From positions 1-60,906 of the IMG/VR virus record IMGVR_UViG_3300020414_000001: a DNA stretch of 60,906 bases; one strand, written 5' to 3'. Position 1 is the first letter of the stretch. Every line of letters begins with the position of its first letter. The notes under the pieces are model-generated. The model was not told where the DNA came from. It saw only the letters and a list, made by a program, of their open reading frames with translations, and made no database searches. Below are positions 1-9,644 of the stretch, in pieces. The stretch comes from a virus. Lineage: Duplodnaviria; Caudoviricetes. The position numbers and the translations under genes are program-made.

Positions 1-77
1 ACAGCTTTAGGATATGATTCTGTAGTAGCTATAACAGATAGCGAGTTGTTAGTGTCACCTCAAAAAAGAGCTGATAT
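1..77. repeat. 77-bp terminal overlap, identical to 60830-60906 (circular assembly)
   Basis: Exact sequence identity; the overlap lies inside a continuous ORF. Confidence 0.97.
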
Positions 78-3000
78 ATACAAAGGAGTAACTAGAACAG
101 GGGCAAAACAAGACAAGGTCCCTATGGCAGGTGGCTATGGTGCAATATCTAAAATATCTATACAAGAAATAACAAATATAATAGATAACTCTGATGATGT
201 CCTTTCTTTTAATCCCGGCAGAGAATCTGCTGGTATAAACGGAGTTCATTTATTTGTAAATAAAGATGGCTATGCAGTTAAATCTATAGAGGGAACTGCT
301 GTACATTTTGGAGGAAAGGTTTTTGTAAAAGGGAAAGTTAACTTCTGGACAGAGCAAGAAGCACCAAAGCCATTAGACAATATACCAACTGACGTAAAAT
401 ATATACCATCAGAGCCTAAATATTCTTTGATAGGCAAGAGACAGCAAGAAAAGTTTAGTAAACTTAGAAATGAGATACGAGTAAATCTTTCTGCGGCAAC
501 AGGAACAATTACTGGTTTAAAGAATTTACAAGACGCAGCAAATGCTGGAGACGAAGATGCAATGACGGCTCTTCAAGAGGTTGCTATAAACTCTGTAAAT
601 TATTTAACTGGCGCAATACCAAGTGTTGAAGTAACACCTACACCTGCTTACGGCCTTTATGGCAGCGCGTTAGAACCGGCGGTAGGTCTAAACATAGAAT
701 TTGATACTGATAAAAAAGATTTAGCTTTATCCGCATTAGCTCAGTTTGCAAGTAATTTTAATCAAGAGCAAATACATGTTAGAGAAAAAGCTCAAAATAG
801 ATTAGTCGGATATAAATATGGAGATGGTAGTTTTAACACACCTATTGTGACATTTAAACTATCAGAGAGTATACCAAAAAAAGAATTATCTAGTATTATA
901 GATAAATCTGGTTTAGCTGGATTCACGGTAACTGACAAATCATTACAGTCATATTATTTAGGAGACCCAAATGACAGAACAGAAATACGAAAATTTAGAG
1001 CAGCCACTAGACGAGCCGGGCAACTTCTTGGAACAAGAGTTTCAGCTATTAGTACAGGACTTGAAAGACTCTGGGCTTACGGTAGAGGATATGGGGCAAC
1101 AAACACCTATGAACAAATCGAGGGTATCTTTCCACTCCCTAAAACAGACCAAGCAGACAGGACAGCAAACAGAATAGCAACAAGATTAGCTCAAAGAATT
1201 GTTGATCCAACTATACAGGCAAAGACATTAACTGAACAACAAAAATTATTACAAATGGATATAGCTAAAGAGTATGATGCTATGTCTCTTAATAATTTAG
1301 ATAATGATATTGTAAGAAGAGCTTATAGTGAATTAGCTCAAGAAGTTACAGAGCAATATAATGCTATGCCTATAAAGGTAGAGATTTATGAAGGCCAAGG
1401 TGAGCCTTATACTGGTGCTAAAATGTCTGAAGCAATGCGCAAAGATATATTGCAAAACAATCATTTATATATATTTGGAACAGATGTAAATACATTTGGA
1501 CCAGAAGGTGTTGTGTATGACAATCATCCTTTATTAGAAACTACAGGAATTGTAGATATAAATGGAAGGCCAATGCTTGTTAATGACTTGTTAAGAGCCG
1601 TTCATGATTATTATGCTCATACAATGTCCACTGTTGGTTTTGGCCCATTAGGAGAAGAGGCTGCTTGGCGTAATCATATGATTATGACTAAAAGTCCTTA
1701 TGCAAGATGGGCGCTTACATCAGAAACTAGAGGTCAAAATAGTTGGGTTAATTTTAATGAACAGGCTTTAGATGTAGAAAAATTATCTGACAGACCTTTT
1801 GCAGAACAAAAAGTAGATTTACTTCCTGTAAAATATTTGATTACTAACGATCAAGAAGTAGATGCAACTTTATCAGAGTTGCAAGATTTAAACTTACAAG
1901 AAGATGATGAAAAGTTTTCTATAAAAGGAATAAAGCCAAAAAGTATAACGATAGTAAATAGATTAGATGATAATGGAAACTTTATACAATCTGCAAAACC
2001 AGAAAGTGTAAAGATGACGAATGCTATAAAGAAACTTCATCAAGAGAAAGGCGGCGTTGTTCTTGATATAGAAGATGCTCAGGATAGAGAGATAGCAGAA
2101 AGAGCTATATTAATAGAGTTAAAAGAGTTTGTTAATGCAGATGAGTCTGCAATTGGTTGGTATGACGACAAAATTAAAACAGCTAAAAAGTTATACGCTA
2201 TAAAAATTCCAGAAATAGCTAATGATAAGAATGCTGAGTCTGCATTTGATTTTGCTCTTGCTATTACATCTAATGGTGAAGCTGTTAAGTCTCAAAGTTC
2301 ATCTATTAAAAGGCAAATGGAAAATTGGAAAACAACAGGTAGGTTTTTAGAAGATAATCAAGGGAATCAAGCTACTGGAATGACTAAATCTTTTAAAGTT
2401 TATAATTTATTAAAAGATAAAGGTTTAACAGACCAAGATATAAAACAATTTTTACAAATAAAAAAATCTAAAAAAGAGATAGAAACTTTACCCGAGATTC
2501 AAGAATTAAATCAATTTTTAAATAAAGATATAAAAATTACTGGAGAGTTAATTGATGAGATGGTTCCAATGTCTTTTATATTTGGTAGCAAGATAGGTTC
2601 TTTTTATCAAAATATAATTGGCAATTATGAATACCTGACTATGGACAGATGGTTTATGCGTTCTATGAACAGGATATTTGGCACACCGTTTAAGATTATT
2701 AAACCTGACACATTAACAAAGAATAGAAGAGAAGCATTAGATGGCATTAATGATGCTTTAGAAAATGGTACAGCAGATGAAAAAACAAGAATAAAAGTTG
2801 CTACAGATGAGCTGGGAATTGATATTATAAATGAGTCTAATATTGTTGATTTGTCTATTATTATAAACAATAAGCTACAAAAAGATATCGAAAGAGTTGG
2901 TAGAGCTGGTCCAACAAAGCCATTTATAGAAAAAACTAAAACAGACATGTTAAAAGCAACACAAAGACTTGCTGAAAACTCTGTCGATACTTTGCAAGAA

Positions 3001-6000
3001 TCTCCAAAGAATGGCACTCAAAGAAAAGTTTTTAGAAATATGTTCGCAAGGATTGTTACAAAGTTTAACAGAACATCAAACAGACAGATTACAATAGCAG
3101 ATGCCCAAGCAGTTTATTGGTACGGAGAAAAAAGATTATTTAAAAGTTTAGGAGTTAGAACTGGGCAAGGTAGCGACAATGATTATGTAGATGCTGCTAT
3201 AGATTTTTTAAGAAAGGAAGGCGTAAATGAAGAAACAATTGGAGAAGCACTCCCCTCAGCAGAGCGAGAGCAACGCCTTGGTGACAGAAATACCAGACAA
3301 CAAGCTCTCCTCTCTACTGGACAGGTTGCTGAAAATAACGGGTATGCAAAAAGAAAGTTTACAGAAGAAGAAATAGCTGATCGTGATGTTTTAGAATCTT
3401 TTGATAATGATGAAATAAATAATCTTAAAGAAGATATTGATAATGTTAAGTATGCATTTTTAAAAAGACCAAGTGTTAATAAAAAGAAAAGGAACTTTAC
3501 AGAAGAGCATGAAAATTCAAAGAGTGATTTTTCTGATTATGTGTATGGATTTATTAGAAGAAAGAATGCTAATAATCAAGAAGTAACTGTTCCTATATTA
3601 TATCCTACAGGAGAGCACTCTGAGATTGGGCCTTATAGATATAAGGGCTTTGGAAAAAAGCATGTTGATGCAGTAAGACCTTTAAGAGTTAGAAACAGAT
3701 TTAATAAACTTGTTGAGATTGGAGAGAAAAGTCATGCACAAGAAATAATGGATATATTTGGAGAAGGTTTTGACTCTGCTGATGAAGTTATAGAAGATGC
3801 ATTGCATAAATTTGAGTTACAACAAAGTAGAAATGTTGATTATGGAATATATCCTGACCCAGCAGAGCGGTCTGGAGAAACGTTATTTTTTGATAAATTA
3901 AAATCTTCTGGTGATAGACAGTATAGATTAGTTATATCTTTGAAAGAAGTTAAGCCCGGTCAGCCTGTTGACAAAACAGTTGCCACTGATGATGATCCTA
4001 GTGCTCCAGTCACTTTTAAATCTAGAGTTTTTGTTGTTCAAACAGCTTATCCAAAAGAAAAGAAGTATAGTTACTCAACTTTAGGTTCACCAACAATGAA
4101 TCTACAAGAAACACCAACAAGTCAAACTATATTAGAAGGTGTTGCTAACGCAAGATTAAAAATAAGATATGATAATTTATCAAAAGTTTTAGCAAGATTT
4201 GGGCATAAATTTACAATAGGAAGAGCTGATGAAGAGAAATTAAGAAAAGCTGCTCAAGATTTATTGATACAAACACAAGATAGGTTTTTGCCTATTGGTG
4301 CTTTAATGGATAAATTTAGAGAAGCTGGAGTAAATATTACAGATGCAATGGATGTGTATTTACAAGAAGAACTCTATCATGGAGTTGCTGGTGCAAAGGT
4401 TGATAAGGCTCAAAAAGAATTATTTGAACCTATGATGAAACAAGTAGATTCATTAAATGTTAGTGAAGAATCATTAAACGATTTAAAATCATTATCAAAG
4501 TTTTATAGAATAGCCTCTGGTGGAAGATATATTAGCAATAAGTTAGCACTTGCTGATGCCATCCTTTATGCATCGCATGCGGAAGAAAGGAACATAGAGT
4601 TAAATAATCCAAAAGCTTCTGGGATGCATACCAACGAGGCTAATAGAATATTAGGTTGGATTAATACTTTGCCACAAACAGAAAAAGATAAAATAAACTT
4701 AATTATAAATTCTGCAAAATCTATAGTTAAAAATACAAATGAAGAAAGAGTGCAAGGTGGTTTAATACCAGAAGTTTTTGTAAATGACAAAGGTGAACAA
4801 TATACAAATATATATGAAAACTATGTGCCATTGAGAGGTGATTTAGGTTTTGAAGAAGAAATAAATGCAGACAATAATTTTGAAGAAAGAGAAGAAAACT
4901 TTATAATACAAAATTTATTTGGAGCATTAGGTAAGCCAGACAGAAAAGCTAAAGGAAGAATTAGAAGTGATGAAGGTGGCGATTCTGATTATTATGCAGA
5001 GAATATAATAGCATCTTTATTTGCCCAAAATAATAAATCTATAGCAGACGCAGAAAGAAACAAAGTTGGTTTATCATATTTAAATTTAGTCAGAGGAATA
5101 GAAGAAGGCGAAGTCGTTGTTAACAATGATTTAAAAAAAGAAATGCAACACTTGTCTGGTGTTTATTTTAAAAAAGATGACATACCTAAACAGCAAAGAG
5201 GAGATGGCAGTCCTGATAAAGTTAAAGAACCTTTTTTGACTGTAAGAGAAAATGGCAGAGAAGTTTATATAACTTTTAATGATCCTAGAATAGCAAGGGC
5301 TATGAAAGGCATGATGACCCCAGAGAGCGTTGGTAGATTTACAAGAGCTCTTGGTAAACTTAACAGGTATTTGTCTAATATTAACACAACATATAATCCA
5401 TCTTTTGTTATACCAAACTTTGCTCGTGACTTAGCAACCGCTGGTGTTAATGTTCAGCAATATGATGAAAAAGGATTAACTTCTGAAGTTTTAAAAGGCA
5501 CATTTGGTGCAGTAAATGGCATTCGTAAAAATCTTCGTGATGGAGATACAAATAATTTTTGGTCAAAAGAATACCTCAAGTTTGTTGATGCCGGAGGAAA
5601 GAACGCAACAAACCAAATGAATGACTTGCAAGATCAAATGAACAGAATAAAAGGAATACTAAGTGATGTGTCCGATAATAGTAAAAAAGGAAAGTTAGGT
5701 TTAGTTAAAAACGCATTTAAAGGACTGGGTAAATTTTTAGATGATTACAATACAGCAGTGGAAAATGGTGTTCGTGTCTCTACTTATACAGCGTTAGTAA
5801 AACGTGGCGTTACTCCTGCCCGCGCAGCACAAGCGGCAAGGAACATAACAGTAAACTTTGCAAAAGGTGGAGAACAAAAACAATTTTTAAATTCTTGGTA
5901 TCTGTTTTATAATGCATCATTTCAAGGATCAATGGCACTTATTAATGCTGCGGTTAAATCTAAGCGTGTAAGAAAAGTTTGGGCTGGTCTTGTTGTCTAT

Positions 6001-7029
6001 GGAATTGTTCAAGATCAATTTAATGCATTTCTTTCAGGTGATGAAGATGATGATGGTGTATTAGATTATGATAAATTAAATAGACACGTTCTTGAACACA
6101 ACTTTATTTTACCTACATTTGGTTTAGCTGATGATAAATATATATCTATACCACTTGCATATGGATTGAATGTAGCAGTTAATTTAGGCCGCTCTATGTC
6201 TCGCGCAGCAAGAGGCGAGTACACTGCGGGCCAAGCATCAAGATCAATATTTGGAACTACATTTGAAAGTTTAAGCCCATTTGGTGGTTTTGATAATTTT
6301 TATAACTTAGCAGCACCTACAGTTCTGGACCCATTTATCAGTGTGGCTATCAACGAGGATTACAAAGGTGATCCAATATTTAAGGAGAGCCCTCAGTTTG
6401 CATCAAGACCTGTTCCAAATAGTCAGGCATATTGGTCAAGCACTTCTAGAATACCAAAAAGTATTGTGGACTTTATAAATACAGCCACAGGTGGAGATGC
6501 AGTAGAAAGTGGTTTAATTGATATGTCGCCAGATGTTTTGGAGTTTTGGTTTGATTATGCAACTGGTGGAGTGGGTAGATTTGTTCAAAGGTCAGTAGAA
6601 GCACCATTTAATATAATTGACGCTATCAACGGTGATTTCCAAGCTCCGATTACAACGGCAATACCATTTGCAAGAAAAGTAATTATATCTCCAAGTGAAA
6701 GGCAAGATGTATCTGATTATTTAGAAAACAGAAAAGCATTGTTTACCATAATGGCTAGGTACGATTTGGCTAGGAGGTCTGGAGATATTGATTCAATAAA
6801 TGATGTGTTAGAAGATAATAAAGAGCAATTAAGAATAGTTCCAAGATTAAAGGCTATAGATAACGCAAGAAATAGACTGTTAAGACAAATAAGAGAATTA
6901 GAAAGAAATGTTAGGTTAGACGAAACAACTAGAAAAAACTTAATTAGAATAAGAAGAGAAAGAATAAACGATCTTATGAGAAGAGGGCTTATCTTGATGA
7001 GATCTGTTGGTCTTAGAGAGGCAAGTTAA
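1..7029 (+). CDS. Giant polyvalent virion/ejection protein, C-terminal part (continues from 58157 across the circular junction; ~3233 aa in total)
   Basis: Frame is open from base 1 and in frame with the ORF starting at 58157. Contains an RAVHDYYAH domain, an HhH-glycosylase-like block (AITSNG, GSKIGSF, TMDRWF, AQAVYW), a PBECR-like block (GFGKKH...VQTAYP) and an LPD38-like C-terminus (ISIPLAYG, NEDYKGDPI, SPDVLEFWF..TGGVG). Confidence 0.85.
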   Translation, partial: TALGYDSVVAITDSELLVSPQKRADIYKGVTRTGAKQDKVPMAGGYGAISKISIQEITNIIDNSDDVLSFNPGRESAGINGVHLFVNKDGYAVKSIEGTAVHFGGKVFVKGKVNFWTEQEAPKPLDNIPTDVKYIPSEPKYSLIGKRQQEKFSKLRNEIRVNLSAATGTITGLKNLQDAANAGDEDAMTALQEVAINSVNYLTGAIPSVEVTPTPAYGLYGSALEPAVGLNIEFDTDKKDLALSALAQFASNFNQEQIHVREKAQNRLVGYKYGDGSFNTPIVTFKLSESIPKKELSSIIDKSGLAGFTVTDKSLQSYYLGDPNDRTEIRKFRAATRRAGQLLGTRVSAISTGLERLWAYGRGYGATNTYEQIEGIFPLPKTDQADRTANRIATRLAQRIVDPTIQAKTLTEQQKLLQMDIAKEYDAMSLNNLDNDIVRRAYSELAQEVTEQYNAMPIKVEIYEGQGEPYTGAKMSEAMRKDILQNNHLYIFGTDVNTFGPEGVVYDNHPLLETTGIVDINGRPMLVNDLLRAVHDYYAHTMSTVGFGPLGEEAAWRNHMIMTKSPYARWALTSETRGQNSWVNFNEQALDVEKLSDRPFAEQKVDLLPVKYLITNDQEVDATLSELQDLNLQEDDEKFSIKGIKPKSITIVNRLDDNGNFIQSAKPESVKMTNAIKKLHQEKGGVVLDIEDAQDREIAERAILIELKEFVNADESAIGWYDDKIKTAKKLYAIKIPEIANDKNAESAFDFALAITSNGEAVKSQSSSIKRQMENWKTTGRFLEDNQGNQATGMTKSFKVYNLLKDKGLTDQDIKQFLQIKKSKKEIETLPEIQELNQFLNKDIKITGELIDEMVPMSFIFGSKIGSFYQNIIGNYEYLTMDRWFMRSMNRIFGTPFKIIKPDTLTKNRREALDGINDALENGTADEKTRIKVATDELGIDIINESNIVDLSIIINNKLQKDIERVGRAGPTKPFIEKTKTDMLKATQRLAENSVDTLQESPKNGTQRKVFRNMFARIVTKFNRTSNRQITIADAQAVYWYGEKRLFKSLGVRTGQGSDNDYVDAAIDFLRKEGVNEETIGEALPSAEREQRLGDRNTRQQALLSTGQVAENNGYAKRKFTEEEIADRDVLESFDNDEINNLKEDIDNVKYAFLKRPSVNKKKRNFTEEHENSKSDFSDYVYGFIRRKNANNQEVTVPILYPTGEHSEIGPYRYKGFGKKHVDAVRPLRVRNRFNKLVEIGEKSHAQEIMDIFGEGFDSADEVIEDALHKFELQQSRNVDYGIYPDPAERSGETLFFDKLKSSGDRQYRLVISLKEVKPGQPVDKTVATDDDPSAPVTFKSRVFVVQTAYPKEKKYSYSTLGSPTMNLQETPTSQTILEGVANARLKIRYDNLSKVLARFGHKFTIGRADEEKLRKAAQDLLIQTQDRFLPIGALMDKFREAGVNITDAMDVYLQEELYHGVAGAKVDKAQKELFEPMMKQVDSLNVSEESLNDLKSLSKFYRIASGGRYISNKLALADAILYASHAEERNIELNNPKASGMHTNEANRILGWINTLPQTEKDKINLIINSAKSIVKNTNEERVQGGLIPEVFVNDKGEQYTNIYENYVPLRGDLGFEEEINADNNFEEREENFIIQNLFGALGKPDRKAKGRIRSDEGGDSDYYAENIIASLFAQNNKSIADAERNKVGLSYLNLVRGIEEGEVVVNNDLKKEMQHLSGVYFKKDDIPKQQRGDGSPDKVKEPFLTVRENGREVYITFNDPRIARAMKGMMTPESVGRFTRALGKLNRYLSNINTTYNPSFVIPNFARDLATAGVNVQQYDEKGLTSEVLKGTFGAVNGIRKNLRDGDTNNFWSKEYLKFVDAGGKNATNQMNDLQDQMNRIKGILSDVSDNSKKGKLGLVKNAFKGLGKFLDDYNTAVENGVRVSTYTALVKRGVTPARAAQAARNITVNFAKGGEQKQFLNSWYLFYNASFQGSMALINAAVKSKRVRKVWAGLVVYGIVQDQFNAFLSGDEDDDGVLDYDKLNRHVLEHNFILPTFGLADDKYISIPLAYGLNVAVNLGRSMSRAARGEYTAGQASRSIFGTTFESLSPFGGFDNFYNLAAPTVLDPFISVAINEDYKGDPIFKESPQFASRPVPNSQAYWSSTSRIPKSIVDFINTATGGDAVESGLIDMSPDVLEFWFDYATGGVGRFVQRSVEAPFNIIDAINGDFQAPITTAIPFARKVIISPSERQDVSDYLENRKALFTIMARYDLARRSGDIDSINDVLEDNKEQLRIVPRLKAIDNARNRLLRQIRELERNVRLDETTRKNLIRIRRERINDLMRRGLILMRSVGLREAS

Positions 7030-7045
7030 AAGTTAACTTTAACTT
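7030..7045 (-). promoter_or_regulatory. Palindromic motif AAGTTAA-N2-TTAACTT, copy 1
   Basis: Reverse complement is AAGTTAAAGTTAACTT; directly after the giant-gene stop. Confidence 0.65.
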
Positions 7046-7054
7046 TTATGATAG

Positions 7055-7134
7055 CTAAAAGTTCGTGATTTTAATACTCCTTCTTCTCGCAGCCCGAATC
7101 GGCATGACAGAAACATACTAAAAGTTCATGATTT
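7055..7134. repeat. 17-bp direct repeat CTAAAAGTTCRTGATTT (7055-7071, 7118-7134)
   Basis: Two copies with one mismatch, 63 bp apart. Confidence 0.8.
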
Positions 7135-7221
7135 CATGACCCTATCTCTGAGCCCACGCACCTGCGTTTTTAGACGGAGGTACTAGAACGCCACCCCAAT
7201 CCCTTGGGCTCTACTGCGAGA
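7085..7221 (-). ncRNA. Candidate structured RNA at the end of the leftward operon
   Basis: GC-richer intergenic segment with nested stems UCUCGCAG/CUGCGAGA, GAGCCCA/UGGGCUC and CAGAGAUA/UGUUUCUG; the G-U pairs favour the minus strand. Confidence 0.5.
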
Positions 7222-7269
7222 GGCATAAATACCTCTCTTGTTTTGTAACTTAATCTAGTGGGATTGTGG

Positions 7270-7479
7270 TTATGCTGTAACCTTGTGTTGTCTCATTGAT
7301 CTAACCTTTATCTCATTTTCTATTTTACCTATAGTTTGATTAAGGTATCTTTTCTCTTTAGAAACTGGGTGGTTATACGCATAAGGGTGTGGGTGGTCTT
7401 CGTCTATCTTTCTCAAGTACACTTTCATACTTGTAACAAACAATTCTAGTTCTTTTGTAGATATCTTGAGATGGGACAT
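7270..7479 (-). CDS. Hypothetical protein
   Basis: ORF tightly packed in the leftward operon. Confidence 0.7.
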   Translation of the reverse strand: MSHLKISTKELELFVTSMKVYLRKIDEDHPHPYAYNHPVSKEKRYLNQTIGKIENEIKVRSMRQHKVTA

Positions 7480-7481
7480 CT

Positions 7482-7811
7482 TTATATCTTTATTGCTCTA
7501 ATATTAGCTTGTTGGGTTCTCCAAGCCTCTATCTTGACCTCTGCTGAGGCACGAAAGAATCTAAGCCTCTCATCTTGATATATAGCTTCTTTTAGTGTCT
7601 TTAAATGGCTTATATAATCATCATGTGCATAAGCCTCTCTTTCTTGTGCAGAAACAGACAAGTCTTGATATTTACTCATTAGCAATGCCTTGATAGACTT
7701 TCTATACTCTTCTAAATATATTCTTGTTGCTCTGGCTTTAGCACAAGCATCAGCGTTATCTCTTAGCCAATCTACGGCTTTCTGTACGTCATCTTCACTA
7801 ATAGCTTTCAT
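7482..7811 (-). CDS. Helical hypothetical protein (UvsY-like coiled coil?)
   Basis: All-helical 109 aa with SAQEREAYA and IEAWRT..AN motifs; recombination-operon context. Confidence 0.55.
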   Translation of the reverse strand: MKAISEDDVQKAVDWLRDNADACAKARATRIYLEEYRKSIKALLMSKYQDLSVSAQEREAYAHDDYISHLKTLKEAIYQDERLRFFRASAEVKIEAWRTQQANIRAIKI

Positions 7812-8029
7812 TTCTTTCCTTTCTTTATTTTAATTAATTCTTTGAGATACCAAAACGCTTTTTCTAAATCTTCTGTTTTATTTTTATGCTCATGTCTCCA
7901 TAGATATTTCATAATATTACCTTGAAGATAATATTGATATCCATTTCCAAGAGCAGATTTTATGGCATCTATACATTCAACACTACCTTTTCTGTAGTGT
8001 CTTGGTCTGTTTACATTATCTTTTTTCAT
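7808..8029 (-). CDS. DUF3310-type (SaV-like) protein
   Basis: VNRPRHY..G..ECIDAI, GNIMKYLWR..K..EDLEKA.WYL. Confidence 0.9.
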   Translation of the reverse strand: MKKDNVNRPRHYRKGSVECIDAIKSALGNGYQYYLQGNIMKYLWRHEHKNKTEDLEKAFWYLKELIKIKKGKK

Positions 8030-8303
8030 TTTCTTTCCTATATATTTTATGTTTTAAAATTAACTTTAACTTTTCGTTGATTCCTTTATTACTATGAACT
8101 TTGTTATGGCAACTTCTACATAGTGGGAACAAGTTATCAATCCTATTTAAACGATTTCCCTTAACTCCACCCATTCCTTTTTGCTCAATGTGATGTATGT
8201 CAACTGCCACTTCTTTAACACAAAGCCAACATATGGGTACATCTTGCTCACAATACCCCCAGTAGTCAGCAAATAGCTTTTTATAGTTCTTGCTCGTCTT
8301 CAT
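8016..8303 (-). CDS. HNH endonuclease
   Basis: CxxC...DIHHI...NL..LCxxCH; ATG at 8303 preferred to the track start at 8315. Confidence 0.85.
   Translation of the reverse strand: MKTSKNYKKLFADYWGYCEQDVPICWLCVKEVAVDIHHIEQKGMGGVKGNRLNRIDNLFPLCRSCHNKVHSNKGINEKLKLILKHKIYRKENEKR
8057..8072 (-). promoter_or_regulatory. Palindromic motif, copy 2 (one mismatch, intragenic)
   Basis: Reverse complement AAGTTAAAGTTAATTT; may be coincidental. Confidence 0.35.
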
Positions 8304-8433
8304 CTTCTTCCTCAAACTTCTTTACCAGACATATTGGGCAACCATATGCAATCATAACTCTGCCCTCATCAAACTTAACACCAAATCTCTTCATTGAGAC
8401 TCTACATCTATCGCACAAAACAAGTTTTCCCAT
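8281..8433 (-). CDS. Small Zn-ribbon protein (50 aa, not in ORF track)
   Basis: MGKLVLCDRC...GCPICLVKKFEEEDEDEQEL; GGAG RBS upstream. Confidence 0.7.
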   Translation of the reverse strand: MGKLVLCDRCRVSMKRFGVKFDEGRVMIAYGCPICLVKKFEEEDEDEQEL

Positions 8434-8442
8434 TACTCACTC

Positions 8443-8661
8443 CTAAGATTTGTTAACACGAATACACTCATCTATGATTACCCTATGGTAAGATGATATC
8501 TCTTCTGTCTTGTATTTAAATAACCTCATCTGGCATTCTCTTTTAGTTTCAAACTCCCATTTAAACATATGGGTAAAACAACCTTGCTTTGCTCTTCCGT
8601 CAGCTATCCATACACTACATATTATCGCCATTGCTTTAAACATAATTATCCTTAATGCCAT
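8443..8661 (-). CDS. Small Cys-containing hypothetical protein
   Basis: Packed ORF with hydrophobic N-terminus and FETKRECQ motif. Confidence 0.6.
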   Translation of the reverse strand: MALRIIMFKAMAIICSVWIADGRAKQGCFTHMFKWEFETKRECQMRLFKYKTEEISSYHRVIIDECIRVNKS

Positions 8662-8974
8662 GCTCTTTATGATGGCAAGTTATGCAAAGTAAACGACACT
8701 TCTGTATTTCTCTATGTATTTTGTCCATAGAATGATTTTTACCAACCAATCTAGATACGTTAGCAATTTTGCTTGTTGGGTCTACATGGTGAAAATGCAA
8801 AACATCTGGATTATCTTTATATCCACATCTTTCACAACCAATTTGTCTTTTGTATTCTTTGATTTGTTGTCTTTTTTTAGACTTTGTTCTTGCATTTAAT
8901 ATATTATGAGTTTTTCTTTTTTCTTTATACTTTAGAGAAATATTAAACTCCCAATTATTGAAAAATATTCTCAT
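8636..8974 (-). CDS. HNH endonuclease
   Basis: CERCG...LHFHHVDP...EIQKCRLLCITCH. Confidence 0.9.
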   Translation of the reverse strand: MRIFFNNWEFNISLKYKEKRKTHNILNARTKSKKRQQIKEYKRQIGCERCGYKDNPDVLHFHHVDPTSKIANVSRLVGKNHSMDKIHREIQKCRLLCITCHHKEHGIKDNYV

Positions 8975-9414
8975 ACACTAATCTCTTCTTTCATTTTTAC
9001 ATCTTTAAATTTTGATATTTTAAAATGACATACTGGCTCTACATCTTGCCAATCGTTTCTGTCATTTCTTCCACCTCTCTTGCACGAGAAGTTTTCATTT
9101 AAATTAATCCAACCCATTCCGTCTAGCCACGATACCAACAGAATAGATTTTGTATTTGTGATATTCGATAATTGATTTGCCTTAATAACTTTGTCTAGGG
9201 ATATGATATAAGTTTCAAAATCTGATCTTCTGTACTTTCGCCGTTTTATTTCGCAGAACCCCATCAAAGAGTTATTTCTATACATGGCATAATCAAGTTT
9301 ATATGATAAGGGCAGTTTACTAAAGTTCACATTCCATAGATTTGAAACATGGTTAATAATACTGCCCTCATTGTTCAAGTCTTCACTTGTTTCATATTTT
9401 GGTCTAGTGTTCAC
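8971..9414 (-). CDS. PD-(D/E)xK-family nuclease-like protein
   Basis: YKLDY...FCEIKRR motif. Confidence 0.65.
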   Translation of the reverse strand: MNTRPKYETSEDLNNEGSIINHVSNLWNVNFSKLPLSYKLDYAMYRNNSLMGFCEIKRRKYRRSDFETYIISLDKVIKANQLSNITNTKSILLVSWLDGMGWINLNENFSCKRGGRNDRNDWQDVEPVCHFKISKFKDVKMKEEISV

Positions 9415-9419
9415 AAAAG

Positions 9420-9635
9420 TTACTCTTCACTTTTAGTAGAGACCCAATCGTCAAGTTCTTGCTTTTTCCAAAGCTTCTTTGCTTTTAATATAGAATAACC
9501 TTTTGGGAAGTTTTCATCTGATTTAATTATTCTATATAAAGAGGCTCTGTTTATGTTCAGGTACTCAGCAACATCAGTTGTAGTTAGCCATTCTTTACTT
9601 ACTTTACTACTATCATTGTATTTATTGTTATCCAT
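9420..9635 (-). CDS. AlpA/excisionase-type HTH DNA-binding protein
   Basis: LTTTDVAEYLNINRASLYR....FPK......LW...ELDDW. Confidence 0.85.
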   Translation of the reverse strand: MDNNKYNDSSKVSKEWLTTTDVAEYLNINRASLYRIIKSDENFPKGYSILKAKKLWKKQELDDWVSTKSEE

Positions 9636-9644
9636 GAAAATCTC

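Noticed and set aside
46-7029. Track start at 46 as the true start of a 2327-aa protein
   Set aside because: The frame is open upstream through the junction to ATG 58157.
7055-7134. Mini-CRISPR array
   Set aside because: Only two 17-bp repeats, too short, and no cas operon; the Cas4-like nuclease is a common stand-alone phage exonuclease.
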